Source of the DNA: Candidatus Thorarchaeota archaeon | Lineage (GTDB): Archaea > Asgardarchaeota > Thorarchaeia > Thorarchaeales > Thorarchaeaceae | Assembly: GCA_048882325.1 (NCBI GenBank) | Contig: JBHLRS010000038.1 | Span: 1 to 29,973 of the forward strand | Reading direction: 5' to 3' | Length of the DNA stretch: 29,973 nucleotides | Shown here: one piece after another, positions 9,040-18,886 of the stretch | How positions within the stretch are numbered: position 1 is the stretch's first letter | Layout of the letters: each line of letters begins with the position of its first letter | Translations under genes and position numbers: made by a program | Notes under the pieces: generated by a model | Seen by the model: only the letters and a program-made list of their open reading frames with translations | Databases searched by the model: none | Told to the model about the DNA's origin: nothing

Positions 9040-10518
9040 CTAATATGACCGTGCTATGTAAACGACCTCTTTTGCCACCTTACCACATGCGACACATAGA
9101 CCTTCGGGTTCCTCCTCGATATCGATTCGAGTTCCTCGAATCTCGCCCCGGGTATTCTTCTCGACCTGTTCAGCACAGGAATATGCATCCATCTCGATTG
9201 AGCAGAAGGGAACTCGAGCGATTTTACCCTGCTCGAGAAGGTAATCAATCTCACCGAAACGTTCTGCATCAACAACGAGCCCTTCGAACTTGGCCTCAGC
9301 CATCTTGAGAAGGTTCGCATCAATCTCTTTTCCAAGAGATGCAACTCGTTTCTTCAGCTCCTTGAGGTCAATGGTTTCACGCTTCAAGGTGTCACGACGA
9401 AACAATACAACCCTGTTCTTTTTGATGTCTCGGGGACCGGCCTCGATTCGGATGGGGACTCCCTTCATCTCCCAGTAGTTGTACTTCCATCCGGGAGTTT
9501 CGTCACTCTCATCAAGGTTGACACGGAATCCAGCCTTCACTAGCTTCTTTTCGATGTCCTTGCAGTACTTCAAGACTGAATCAACATCCTTTCCCTTGAA
9601 GATAGGTACAATCACTACCTGATAGGGAGCAACCTTGAAGGGTAATCTGAGACCCTTGTTGTCGCCATGGACCGAGATCATCGCACCATAGATTCTCGAG
9701 ATTGCAGGACCATAGCAGGTCTGCCATGCGTAGACTGTTTCGTTGTCCTTGTTCAGATATTTGATGTCAAATGCCCTGGCAAATTTATCACCTAGATCAT
9801 GTGTTGACGGTAGCTGGATTACTTTACCATCAGGCATCAGCGTATCTGCTGCGTAGGTGTCCAGACCTCCAGGGAACTTGTCCCACTGTGGCCTTCTAAA
9901 CACCATAGTAGGGAGCCCAAAGTTGTCTGTACACACTTCCTTTGTAATCTCTAGGTCCTCCATGATCTGTGCTTTGACTTCCTCATACGTGGCAAAGACA
10001 TTATGGCTCTCAACCCAGAGGAACTCTCTTCCCCTTAGAAAAGGACGGGTGCTTTTGGCATCAGACCTGTAGACTGAGCACCGTTGGTATCTTTTCAGAG
10101 GGAGGTCTCTCCAGCTGCGTACCCAAAGTGAGTACATAGGATAGATGGCTGTTTCACTGGTAGGTCTTAACGCTAAGCGTTCCTCCAGTTTTTCTCCTGA
10201 ACCAGTTTCCTCTATCCAGAAGACTTGGGGGGTAAAGCCTTCAACATGTTCAGCCTCCTTTGTTAGATTTCCCTCCGGAATCACAGTAGGGAAGTACATA
10301 GGTAGATGATCCCTCTGTCGGAGAGCTTCATCCAGGATGCCAAACATGAGATCCATGCTCATGAAACTCCAAGGTGGAAATGGTGTGAATCCTTTCACGC
10401 CATATCTAACATCAGCGAGCTCTGCAACTCGACAGATTTCAGTATACCAATCTGGGAAGTTGTTCTCTTTGTCCATGTCAAAGATAACTTGTTTTGTGTC
10501 ATTCTTTTCATTATTCAT
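9040..10518 (-). CDS. proS: Proline--tRNA ligase, archaeal/eukaryotic type
   Basis: EHVEGF, ALRPTSET, FLRGREFLWVESH, PGWKYNYWEMKGVPIRIEAGPRD, C-terminal Zn Cys and terminal ARSY. Confidence 0.97.
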   Translation of the reverse strand: MNNEKNDTKQVIFDMDKENNFPDWYTEICRVAELADVRYGVKGFTPFPPWSFMSMDLMFGILDEALRQRDHLPMYFPTVIPEGNLTKEAEHVEGFTPQVFWIEETGSGEKLEERLALRPTSETAIYPMYSLWVRSWRDLPLKRYQRCSVYRSDAKSTRPFLRGREFLWVESHNVFATYEEVKAQIMEDLEITKEVCTDNFGLPTMVFRRPQWDKFPGGLDTYAADTLMPDGKVIQLPSTHDLGDKFARAFDIKYLNKDNETVYAWQTCYGPAISRIYGAMISVHGDNKGLRLPFKVAPYQVVIVPIFKGKDVDSVLKYCKDIEKKLVKAGFRVNLDESDETPGWKYNYWEMKGVPIRIEAGPRDIKKNRVVLFRRDTLKRETIDLKELKKRVASLGKEIDANLLKMAEAKFEGLVVDAERFGEIDYLLEQGKIARVPFCSIEMDAYSCAEQVEKNTRGEIRGTRIDIEEEPEGLCVACGKVAKEVVYIARSY

Positions 10519-10644
10519 GATGTCATCCTCTGCTTGGTTTGTGATGCATGGAACTGGCTAGGACTGAGAAGAAGTCGGTTAATGAAGTTTCGGAACGCAG
10601 TCACCTAGCATATTGGTTCACCAAATCTTTGTCACTGAAGTTGC

Positions 10645-10652
10645 TATTTAAG
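10645..10652 (-). promoter_or_regulatory. Putative TATA box (CTTAAATA) for proS, implying a leader of about 100 nt
   Basis: Best TATA-like sequence in the nadM-proS spacer. Confidence 0.4.
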
Positions 10653-10669
10653 GAGTTGGACAAGAAAAG

Positions 10670-11194
10670 TTACCTTTTCGTCCGAATGTCACCTACCTCT
10701 CGAATTCTCTCGTCAAGTTTGTGCTTCTTGATGAGCTTTACGACACCATCAGGGACGAGGGATTCCCATTCATTATTCCCCCAGCGTATCAGGTCGCGTA
10801 TGTGGCTTGCACTATAGGTAGAGCGTTCAAGTAACTTGGTTGAGTCAGTCTTGATACCGCTCTCTTCAAGGAGCCTCTTGACTAATGGATTATGGCTGTA
10901 TGCCTTGTCAAAATATGGCACGAAAGACCGCATATGACTGACCCAGAGTGGATGAATGTTGATGTCTGAGAGGGGAACTACCGTGACACGTTCAAGGTCA
11001 ATTTTCTCGTCGCACAGTGCCTGACGAATCAGCATCACTCTCTCGCCACCTGTGAATGGATTGTCCGGGGTGTGAGAGTATTGTGAGCTGCCGACGACCA
11101 TGATTATGTCCTCTTTCTTGGCCAGTATCTGTTTGATCGTGTGGATGTGTCCCTTGTGGATTGGTTGGAAACGACCAATGAATAGTGACTTCAT
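10670..11194 (-). CDS. nadM: Nicotinamide-nucleotide adenylyltransferase
   Basis: FIGRFQPIHKGH, GSSQYSHTPDNPFTGGER, SASHIR. Start ATG 11194. Confidence 0.95.
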   Translation of the reverse strand: MKSLFIGRFQPIHKGHIHTIKQILAKKEDIIMVVGSSQYSHTPDNPFTGGERVMLIRQALCDEKIDLERVTVVPLSDINIHPLWVSHMRSFVPYFDKAYSHNPLVKRLLEESGIKTDSTKLLERSTYSASHIRDLIRWGNNEWESLVPDGVVKLIKKHKLDERIREVGDIRTKR

Positions 11195-11283
11195 CTTTCT
11201 CAGTTCTTGGTGGGCTTCACGGTGCAAATAAGGCTTAGTACTAGGTCAAAAGTTCATAACGGAGTAAATACAGAACTAGTTCT

Positions 11284-12354
11284 ATGCGTAGCATGATTGA
11301 GGTTGATGGTTCATACGGTGAAGGTGGTGGTCAGATCCTCCGAACTGCTGTTTCACTCGCAGCATTGACCATGAAACCGGTTAGAATAAGCAATATACGG
11401 GCAGGTCGACCAAAGCCAGGTCTAAAAAGACAACACATAGCAGGTATTGAGGTCACTGGAAAAATTGTGAATGCTGAAATCGAGGGTCTTGAGGTGGGGA
11501 GTACCACTGTGGAATTCTTCCCACGTGAGAGAGGTGGTGGAGGAATCAGCTATGATGTTGGAACGGCTGGTTCGATCTCACTCGTGCTTCAAGCAGCGCT
11601 CCCTCCAGCGGTTCTATCCCCAGAGCCAATTCATTTTGACCTACGTGGTGGAACTGATGTGAAGTGGAGTCCTCCTGTGGACTACCTTCAAAATGTCTTT
11701 GGGCATATGCTTGAACTTCTGGGGCCTAAGATTGAAATTATCCAAAGGAAACGTGGACACTATCCAAAGGGAGGGGGTGCGGTTACATGTCATGTCACTC
11801 CAGTGGACAACATCAAATCCCTTGAGAATATAGAACTGGGAGAGTTGAGGTCTGTCAAGGGAGTGTCTCATTGTGTACGACTTCCAGGACATATAGCAGA
11901 GAGGCAAGCTGCAACTGCAGAAGACATGATTCTCAAACACCTGAACATCAAACCAGATATTGTGCGTGAGTCTTACCGCAAAGAGGAGGATTCTCATTTG
12001 GGACCAGGAAGTGGGATTGTTGTGTGGGCTGAGTCTGAACACGGTTTAAGAGTGGGTGCGGATTCACTCGGTGAACGAGGAAAAAGTGCAGAACGTGTTG
12101 GAGAGAGTGCAGCTTTACAACTTATCAATGAGGTCTCTACAGGTATGGCAATAGACTCACACCTCTCTGACATGCTGATTCCCTATCTCGCTGTGGCTAA
12201 TGGTAGTAGCAAGATTGGTGTGACAGAGATTACTTCCCATCTAATCACGAACATCTGGGCTGTGGAGCGCTTCCTTGGAATAAAGGTTGAGTTGCAGGGG
12301 AGTATTGGTGAATCAGGAACAGTCTCTGTGAAGGGAGAAGGACTGTCACTCTGA
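11284..12354 (+). CDS. rtcA: RNA 3'-terminal phosphate cyclase
   Basis: DGSYGEGGGQILRTA, RPKPGL, GGTDVKWSP, GHYPKGGG, and the adenylated His in DSHLSDML. Confidence 0.96.
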   Translation: MRSMIEVDGSYGEGGGQILRTAVSLAALTMKPVRISNIRAGRPKPGLKRQHIAGIEVTGKIVNAEIEGLEVGSTTVEFFPRERGGGGISYDVGTAGSISLVLQAALPPAVLSPEPIHFDLRGGTDVKWSPPVDYLQNVFGHMLELLGPKIEIIQRKRGHYPKGGGAVTCHVTPVDNIKSLENIELGELRSVKGVSHCVRLPGHIAERQAATAEDMILKHLNIKPDIVRESYRKEEDSHLGPGSGIVVWAESEHGLRVGADSLGERGKSAERVGESAALQLINEVSTGMAIDSHLSDMLIPYLAVANGSSKIGVTEITSHLITNIWAVERFLGIKVELQGSIGESGTVSVKGEGLSL

Positions 12355-13398
12355 GATTGAGGACAGATAGTCATCAATTGACTCCTGCATAGAAGTCAAG
12401 TCAACCTCCTCAACAGCATCTCTCATCAGTTTCTCAACGCCAGTCCCCTCAATTGCAACAATCTCAAGACTGTCAGGGAGTTTCTCTCGAGCGACAGCGA
12501 GTTTCTCAGGAAGTGTGATGTCTACCTTGTTCAGTACAATCAAGAGTGGATTCAATGGAAACATTTTCCGGACCTCAGTCAGGAGGTTCAACTGTTGGTC
12601 GAAGCTCCACCCACACGTTTCAGATGGATCAATCATGAAAATGATGACATGTGCGAGGTATTTCAGAGCAGCAATTGCTTCACGCTCAATCTCGTTCCGT
12701 TTCGCCATTGGTCTATCGAGGATACCCGGAGTGTCCACTATCTGGACACTATGATTGTCCACTCTCAGATGGCCTATGATTACCTTCTTTGTGGTGAAGG
12801 GATAGTATGCAATCTCTGGCTCAGCTGTAGAGACCGCTCTCACCAGTGTAGACTTTCCTACATTCGGAAACCCTGCGCAGACAATAGTTGGAGAGTTCGG
12901 TGATATACCTGGAAGTTTGGAGAGTGTCTTCTTGGCCTCGATTATGAAGTCAATGTTCTTTGCAGTGGCTCTGATGATTGATGAGATTCTGCCCTTGGCG
13001 GCACTCCTTGATTTCTTCATCTGCTTGAATTCATCAGCCAGTTTGATAGCCTGCAGGTGTTTGTCGGTAATATCATCTATTGGCGGAATACAGTTGTATA
13101 CTGCTCCCAGGGACTGCTTGAGCTTGTCATTACCAACTAGAATCTCCGACAACTCGACATAGAAAGGATGCAACCGTTCTACAGAGGGAAATTGTTCCAC
13201 AGCCTCAGACAGCTTTGTCTTGACCTGTTTTGAAAACTCCTGAAGCCTAGTAATCTCTCTAATGCGAGTCCGTTCAATCTTTTTCATCCTTAACGAGCTC
13301 TTCATGCTGATTCGGACGGACCGATTGTGAGCGAACTCGATGATTTCCTCTGCAGTCATGATAGCTGGAATATTTGCAAAGGGATTGAGTCTACGCAA
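12346..13398 (-). CDS. NOG1-family GTP-binding protein
   Basis: LHPFY, GFPNVGKS, YPFTTK, DTPGILDR, DPSETCG, NKVD. Confidence 0.94.
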   Translation of the reverse strand: MRRLNPFANIPAIMTAEEIIEFAHNRSVRISMKSSLRMKKIERTRIREITRLQEFSKQVKTKLSEAVEQFPSVERLHPFYVELSEILVGNDKLKQSLGAVYNCIPPIDDITDKHLQAIKLADEFKQMKKSRSAAKGRISSIIRATAKNIDFIIEAKKTLSKLPGISPNSPTIVCAGFPNVGKSTLVRAVSTAEPEIAYYPFTTKKVIIGHLRVDNHSVQIVDTPGILDRPMAKRNEIEREAIAALKYLAHVIIFMIDPSETCGWSFDQQLNLLTEVRKMFPLNPLLIVLNKVDITLPEKLAVAREKLPDSLEIVAIEGTGVEKLMRDAVEEVDLTSMQESIDDYLSSISE

Positions 13399-13502
13399 TT
13401 AGGTCAAGCTCCATCAAGGCAAGATAGGACAGTTCGTAAACGTTATTAAACGACCGGACGTGGCCAACATAGAATAACTCCCCTTTTGGAGGCTTATTGA
13501 TA

Positions 13503-14093
13503 ATGTCATTTCCAACTGGTGCAACTGTTGTTGGCATAAAATGCACTGATGGTGTAGTAGTGGCCACTGATTCATTGGTCACATGGGGAACATTTGTCTT
13601 GACCGACAAAGGTATCAAAGCGTTCAAACTCACAGACACAATTGTCATTGCATCTGCAGGTCTAACCTCAGACTACCAGATGCTGGTTAACAGATTGAAG
13701 GCCCAGATCAAGCTCTATGAACTAAATCAGAAGAAAGAGATCACTGTCAAGGCGCTCTCGAAGATGCTGGCCAACACACTCTACTCGAGAAGAATGGCAC
13801 CATTGTATGTCCAAACCGTCGTGGTTGGATTCGATGCTGATGGTCCCCAGCTCTTTACCCTTGATATGGGTGGGTCTTTGATACCAGATGAGTTCACAGC
13901 GACTGGAACAGGAACAGCTTCAGCATACGGTGTTCTTGAGGACCGATACAAGCCAACTTTGACCGTAAAGGAAGCAGAAGAGCTTGCAGCCAATGCTGTG
14001 AGGGCAGGTATCGTAAGAGACGCTCAATCGGGTGGCGAAATCCGTATCATGAGCGTGACCAAGAGCGGAATTGCTGAGAGTGTTATCAACTAG
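13503..14093 (+). CDS. psmB: Proteasome beta subunit, probably non-catalytic type
   Basis: TGATVVGIKCTDGVVVATD, SAGLTSD, ATGTGT..AYGVLE, RDAQSGG. Confidence 0.93.
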   Translation: MSFPTGATVVGIKCTDGVVVATDSLVTWGTFVLTDKGIKAFKLTDTIVIASAGLTSDYQMLVNRLKAQIKLYELNQKKEITVKALSKMLANTLYSRRMAPLYVQTVVVGFDADGPQLFTLDMGGSLIPDEFTATGTGTASAYGVLEDRYKPTLTVKEAEELAANAVRAGIVRDAQSGGEIRIMSVTKSGIAESVIN

Positions 14094-14098
14094 AGCGC

Positions 14099-15355
14099 GT
14101 GCATCACGTGGATTCGCATACTCTCATCTTCAGTGCTCATTCCTCATCGAGGTATAGTCTGGCAGCTCTTGTTGGAACTGTTGAAACTGACCATAGACTC
14201 TCTGAGCTAACAATAGAGGCACCCATCGAGGTGTCATCAGACATAGTACGGAAGAGTATCGCAAGGGGTCACACAATCTTAGCCTTTTCAGTCATGAGCA
14301 CACAGACCGAACGTGTCTATCGAGAGGTCGGGGAAATGAGAGATAAGTTCGGTCAGTCTATCACCATTATTGGAGGAGGAGCTCATGCAAGCATTCGACC
14401 CCTTGAACTCCTTGAAAACGGGTTTGACTTTGTGGTTGTGGGAGAGGGAGAAAGGACGTTCCCTGAACTATTATGGTGTCTGATGAACGATAAGGACCCA
14501 TTGAACATCCCAGGTGTGATTGGAGAGAACTCGGAGGGATGCCCAAAACCAAGAGACTTCGAACCTGTGAATCTTGATGATTACCCTCCATTTGCGCTTG
14601 GAATGAACATTGTGGGTCCTGTCGAGGTCACCAGAGGATGTCCATTCTCATGCAAGTTCTGTTGTACTCCGTATCTCACAGGAGGCAGAGCACGAAATCG
14701 GTCCATAGAAACCATTGTGGACTGGCTAACCAAGGCCGTTGAGCAGAGTGGGTTCGACCGAACATGGTTTCTTTCTCCAAATGCTCTCTCTTATGGAGGT
14801 CGAGGTCGTACCTTGCAACAGGACAAGATTGAGGGGCTATTGAAGGCGGTGACTAAGGTTGAGGGATTAAGAGAGGTCTTCTTTGGTTCCTTTCCATCAG
14901 AGGTCAGACCTGAGTTCGTCACCAAACCAGTTCTTGAGATGATGCGAGGATATGTCGCAAACAAAACGCTTCAGATAGGTCTTCAATCAAGCAGTGACCG
15001 TGTGCTCAAACTAGCAAATCGTCATCACACTGTCGAGGATGGGCTGAAGGCAATTGGAACAGCACTAGACTGCGGGTTCATCCCCCACGTGGACATGATT
15101 TTCGGTCTGCCTGGTGAAACCAAAAACGAGCTTCACGAGAACATTGATCTCTGTTACCTACTAGCAGAGATGGGAGCAAAGGTTCATGGACATGTCTTCA
15201 TGCCACTGCCAGGGAGCGCCTATGAGAATGAGGCTCCTGGGAAACTTGATCCAGAAGGAAGAAGGCTGCTTGGTGAATTGTCCAGGAAAAAGCTCCTGAC
15301 GGGTGCATGGAGCACGCAGGAGAAGATAGCAGAAGCCTTGGCTTCACGAATATGA
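14099..15355 (+). CDS. B12-binding domain/radical SAM protein (TIGR04013-like)
   Basis: GGGAHAS, VVGEGE, EVTRGCPFSCKFC, FGSFPSEVRPEFV, HVFMPLPGS. Confidence 0.88.
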   Translation: MHHVDSHTLIFSAHSSSRYSLAALVGTVETDHRLSELTIEAPIEVSSDIVRKSIARGHTILAFSVMSTQTERVYREVGEMRDKFGQSITIIGGGAHASIRPLELLENGFDFVVVGEGERTFPELLWCLMNDKDPLNIPGVIGENSEGCPKPRDFEPVNLDDYPPFALGMNIVGPVEVTRGCPFSCKFCCTPYLTGGRARNRSIETIVDWLTKAVEQSGFDRTWFLSPNALSYGGRGRTLQQDKIEGLLKAVTKVEGLREVFFGSFPSEVRPEFVTKPVLEMMRGYVANKTLQIGLQSSSDRVLKLANRHHTVEDGLKAIGTALDCGFIPHVDMIFGLPGETKNELHENIDLCYLLAEMGAKVHGHVFMPLPGSAYENEAPGKLDPEGRRLLGELSRKKLLTGAWSTQEKIAEALASRI

Positions 15356-15427
15356 TGATCTTTGACAGGTTTGAACAATGCCAAAACCTGATAAGACACA
15401 CATAGGACAGACCTTCGAATCATTTTG

Positions 15428-16387
15428 ATGTCTGACATGCCAACTGAGCTGAGTGAGAAGCTCGAAAAACAGGGGTATCATCTACTGGGTAAAAGAGGTG
15501 CCTACAAAGCATGTCAGTGGCAAAAGAAGGCTCTACTCCACGACACCTCATGTTACAAACAGAGATTCTATGGTATTGAATCACATCGATGTCTGCAGAT
15601 GACACCAGTGGTTGACAAATGCACTCACAACTGTGAGTTTTGTTGGCGAGTGACACCTTCAGACATTGGAGTTGGCTGGAATCAAGTTGAAGTGTCTGAA
15701 GCAGATGTGATACCGGTGGATGACCTGATGGACGCTGTGCTGATGGCAAACCTGAGGTCTCTTGGAGGCTACAATCCTGAGGCTGGCGCTGCAGTTCCAG
15801 AGAGAAAATACAGAGAGGCAAGAGACCCAAAGCATGTAGCAATATCACTAGCAGGCGAACCTACTCTTCATCCTCTACTCAGTGAGCTCATCGATGAGAT
15901 TCATAGAAGGGGAATGACCTCATTCCTGGTGACTAATGGTACCAGACCTGATGTCCTATCTGCAATGACATTGCCTACTCAGCTCTACGTGACATTGGCT
16001 GCACCCGATGAGGCTACCTACAAGACTTTATGCAGGCCGGGAGTGGAGGAAGGCTGGAGTCGAGTCTTGCAATCACAGGAATCTTTGCGGTCTTTAGACA
16101 CTAGAACCGTCAACAGACTAACAATGGTTTCAGAACGCAACATGCATGATGTCCGGGCATATTCGAAACTCATCGAACTTGGTGAGCCAGATTTCATTGA
16201 GGTGAAAGGGTATATGCATCTGGGATCTTCAAGAGGTAGACTGAGCCAGACCAACTCTCCATCTCACAGGGAGATTCGCGGGTTTTCAGAGAAACTTGCG
16301 GCACTAACTGGTTATTACCCGCTTGACGAGCAGGTTGAGAGTAGGGTAGTACTGCTGTCACGCAACAAACAAATTAAGAAGCTATGA
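15428..16387 (+). CDS. taw1: 4-demethylwyosine synthase (radical SAM TYW1/Taw1)
   Basis: CYKQRFYGIESHRCLQMTP, CTHNCEFCWR, HVAISLAGEPTL, FLVTNG, FIEVKGY, SRVVLL. Confidence 0.95.
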   Translation: MSDMPTELSEKLEKQGYHLLGKRGAYKACQWQKKALLHDTSCYKQRFYGIESHRCLQMTPVVDKCTHNCEFCWRVTPSDIGVGWNQVEVSEADVIPVDDLMDAVLMANLRSLGGYNPEAGAAVPERKYREARDPKHVAISLAGEPTLHPLLSELIDEIHRRGMTSFLVTNGTRPDVLSAMTLPTQLYVTLAAPDEATYKTLCRPGVEEGWSRVLQSQESLRSLDTRTVNRLTMVSERNMHDVRAYSKLIELGEPDFIEVKGYMHLGSSRGRLSQTNSPSHREIRGFSEKLAALTGYYPLDEQVESRVVLLSRNKQIKKL

Positions 16388-16406
16388 CAGAGTGAGGGCG
16401 AACAAG

Positions 16407-17036
16407 ATGAAGCTATCAGATATTCTCGCACCACTTAGGAACGAGATTGATGAGGACGATGTAGTCCGTGAGAAAGTTCTTCCACTTGGGCGAAAAGCGG
16501 TTCGTAAGTGTAGCGAGTCGATTAAAATGACACATCGGGGTGAGTTCGACGAAGCTAGAGACCTGCTGACTGAAGCGCATCAGATAATCACTGAGGCTAC
16601 ACGAGGGACATCCGATAGCGAGTTCATGATACGGTCCAGGGGTCTTGATGTGGCACATCAGGAACTTGCAGAAGCGGTGAACCTTCTCTCTCTCCTAGAG
16701 CACGGCAAATTTACTTCTCCTGATGAGTATAATATCCCTACTAGAGCATACCTCACTGGTCTGGCTGACACGGTTGGAGAACTGAGACGAGCTGCTCTGG
16801 ACCTACTACGCAACGATGATATTGAAAAAGCAGAGAGCCTCTTGGATTTCATGGAGGAGATTCTGGAGGAGCTACAGACGTTTGATTATCCCAACGCGTT
16901 GGTTCCTGAATTGAGGAGGAAATGTGATGTGGCCCGGTCACTGATTGAGCGAACGAGAGGGGACCTAACACGAGCAGTTGGGCAGAGTAAACTGATGAAG
17001 AAGCTTGACGATGTAGGGGAACGATTGAGGAACTGA
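16407..17036 (+). CDS. Translin/Trax family protein (archaeal C3PO-like)
   Basis: QELAEA, YLTGLADTVGELRR, LRRKCD. ATG 16407 preferred. Confidence 0.88.
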   Translation: MKLSDILAPLRNEIDEDDVVREKVLPLGRKAVRKCSESIKMTHRGEFDEARDLLTEAHQIITEATRGTSDSEFMIRSRGLDVAHQELAEAVNLLSLLEHGKFTSPDEYNIPTRAYLTGLADTVGELRRAALDLLRNDDIEKAESLLDFMEEILEELQTFDYPNALVPELRRKCDVARSLIERTRGDLTRAVGQSKLMKKLDDVGERLRN

Positions 17037-17041
17037 TTACG

Positions 17042-17722
17042 ATGGTTGTACCGGATATCTGGTTTACACTATATTCATTGGCCAACAAGGGAGCAATACA
17101 CAATAAGACGACTATAACGACGCGCGAATTAGGGGAGGTCCTCGGAGTCAGCCAGCAGACGGCCTCAAGAAGAATTGCACAATGTGTTGAACAGGGGTAC
17201 CTGAACAGAGTACATACTGCCGACGGAATGCAGCTTCAAATAACTGACAATGGTCGTGGAGAACTACTGTATGTCCGAACAAACTTGGAGATAGCTTTTG
17301 CACCTCCAGAGGATGAGATTGTAATAGAGGGCTCGGTTGTTACAGGATTGGGTGAAGGTGCGTACTATGTGGAGATCTACTCTTCAAAACTGAGGGCTGC
17401 TTTAGGCTTTAAACCTCATCTTGGAACACTGAACGTCAAGATTACAGATGATGAGTCACGCAAGGCAATTGGAAGAATGAAGAACACGCCTCCCTTGGTC
17501 TTGAGCGGGTTCACACATAAGGGACGAACCTTTGGCGATGTCATTTGCTACCGTGTCAAGGTCAACAAGAAGATAGAGGCTGCTGTTGTGATCGCTCAGC
17601 GTACTCATCATAGTGAGGAGATCCTAGAGGTTGTGGCACCTGTCGACATCAGAAATGCCCTTGACCTACAGGATGACGACAATGTCACTTTGACAGTGAT
17701 TCCTCTACACATGGCCACGTGA
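17042..17722 (+). CDS. ribK: CTP-dependent riboflavin kinase with N-terminal winged HTH (RbkR-type)
   Basis: ELGEVLGVSQQTASRR HTH; GSVVTGLGEGAYY, GFKPHLGTLN, RTHH..ILEVVA. Confidence 0.93.
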   Translation: MVVPDIWFTLYSLANKGAIHNKTTITTRELGEVLGVSQQTASRRIAQCVEQGYLNRVHTADGMQLQITDNGRGELLYVRTNLEIAFAPPEDEIVIEGSVVTGLGEGAYYVEIYSSKLRAALGFKPHLGTLNVKITDDESRKAIGRMKNTPPLVLSGFTHKGRTFGDVICYRVKVNKKIEAAVVIAQRTHHSEEILEVVAPVDIRNALDLQDDDNVTLTVIPLHMAT

Positions 17723-17723
17723 T

Positions 17724-18401
17724 CTAATGCCCATACTTCCCGGTAAGAGGCACAAATGCCACTCCACCCCAACGTTTCTGGACAACCCTTCCATCTTCTT
17801 CCTTCTCAACCATCATTAACTCCTGAAAGAAGCCTCTTCCACCAACCGGAATCAACATGATACCACCAAGACTTAGCTGATCGATCAAGGGTTCTGGAAC
17901 AGAAGGCGCAGCTGCTGCAACGAGGATTCTATCAAATGGGGCATATTCAGGTAATCCTATGCCCCCATCAGCATGAATGAGAGTGACTCTGTCATCATAT
18001 CCACTCCTCTCGAGGTTGCCTCTTGCAAACTCAATCAAGCCATCTACAATCTCGAGCGTATAGACATGACCGGGATTCTGTGCTGTTTTTGGCGCAACCA
18101 TTTCTGCACATAGTGCAGCATGATATCCTGAACCAGCACCCACTTCTAAGACCTTGAGCCCTGGTTTCAGTTGAAGTGCCTCGCACATTATTACACACAT
18201 ATGAGGAGCTGAGATTGTCTGACCCAAACCGATTGGCAGAGGGGTGTCGCGATAGGCATGCGTGCGAGTGTCCGGATGTACAAATTCCTCACGAGGAACA
18301 GCTCTAAATGCACGTTCCATCTCATCACTCTTGATGTAACCGTTATTCCGCAGACGGCGAACTAAATCATCAATTGCCCTCTCGAATCGATCCTCAGGCA
18401 T
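17724..18401 (-). CDS. pcm: Protein-L-isoaspartate O-methyltransferase
   Basis: VPREEF, GQTISAPHM, VLEVGAGSGYHAA, APFDRILVAAA, VAFVPL. Start ATG 18401. Confidence 0.95.
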   Translation of the reverse strand: MPEDRFERAIDDLVRRLRNNGYIKSDEMERAFRAVPREEFVHPDTRTHAYRDTPLPIGLGQTISAPHMCVIMCEALQLKPGLKVLEVGAGSGYHAALCAEMVAPKTAQNPGHVYTLEIVDGLIEFARGNLERSGYDDRVTLIHADGGIGLPEYAPFDRILVAAAAPSVPEPLIDQLSLGGIMLIPVGGRGFFQELMMVEKEEDGRVVQKRWGGVAFVPLTGKYGH

Positions 18402-18460
18402 GGGAATCACACATAGAAGGGATATGCATTCATAAAAGGCTTGGGCGCAGTACAAAAACT

Positions 18461-18886
18461 ATGCAGAGAGTCCAGTTCAAAGCATATGGTCACGAAAATA
18501 TCATTGGAGAACATAGGACTACGGTAGAGCTGACTTCAGAAGACCACCTCACAAAACGGGGGACCTGCATCGTGGGCATACGTGCAGGAATTACACTGGA
18601 CCAACTGGATTCTACAATCAAACAGCTGGCTATGTCACCTGACACACAGATAACTCTGAGAATGACTGTGAGTGGTCTGACTGAAGAGGTAACGGGAACT
18701 GGAAGTCATGGACTGACATACACAGATTCAACAAGTATGGTGGCTAGAACAAGCACATACGAGTGTGAACGGACGCTCATGGTGAATGCTGATAAGGCAG
18801 CTTCAGATTTGAGTCGTGAGTTCATTGATAGACTGAAGACTGATGGTGTGCCTATTGAGTGTGAGCTGCTTTTTGTCACTCAATGA
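18461..18886 (+). CDS. DUF371 domain protein
   Basis: AYGHENI..HRTTVELT..HLTKRGTCIVGI, ADKAASDL. Start ATG 18461. Confidence 0.9.
   Translation: MQRVQFKAYGHENIIGEHRTTVELTSEDHLTKRGTCIVGIRAGITLDQLDSTIKQLAMSPDTQITLRMTVSGLTEEVTGTGSHGLTYTDSTSMVARTSTYECERTLMVNADKAASDLSREFIDRLKTDGVPIECELLFVTQ

Noticed and set aside
10541-10638. C/D box sRNA on the + strand (GTGATGCA...CTGA...CTGA)
   Set aside because: The C box is non-consensus and the spacing does not fit archaeal C/D guides.
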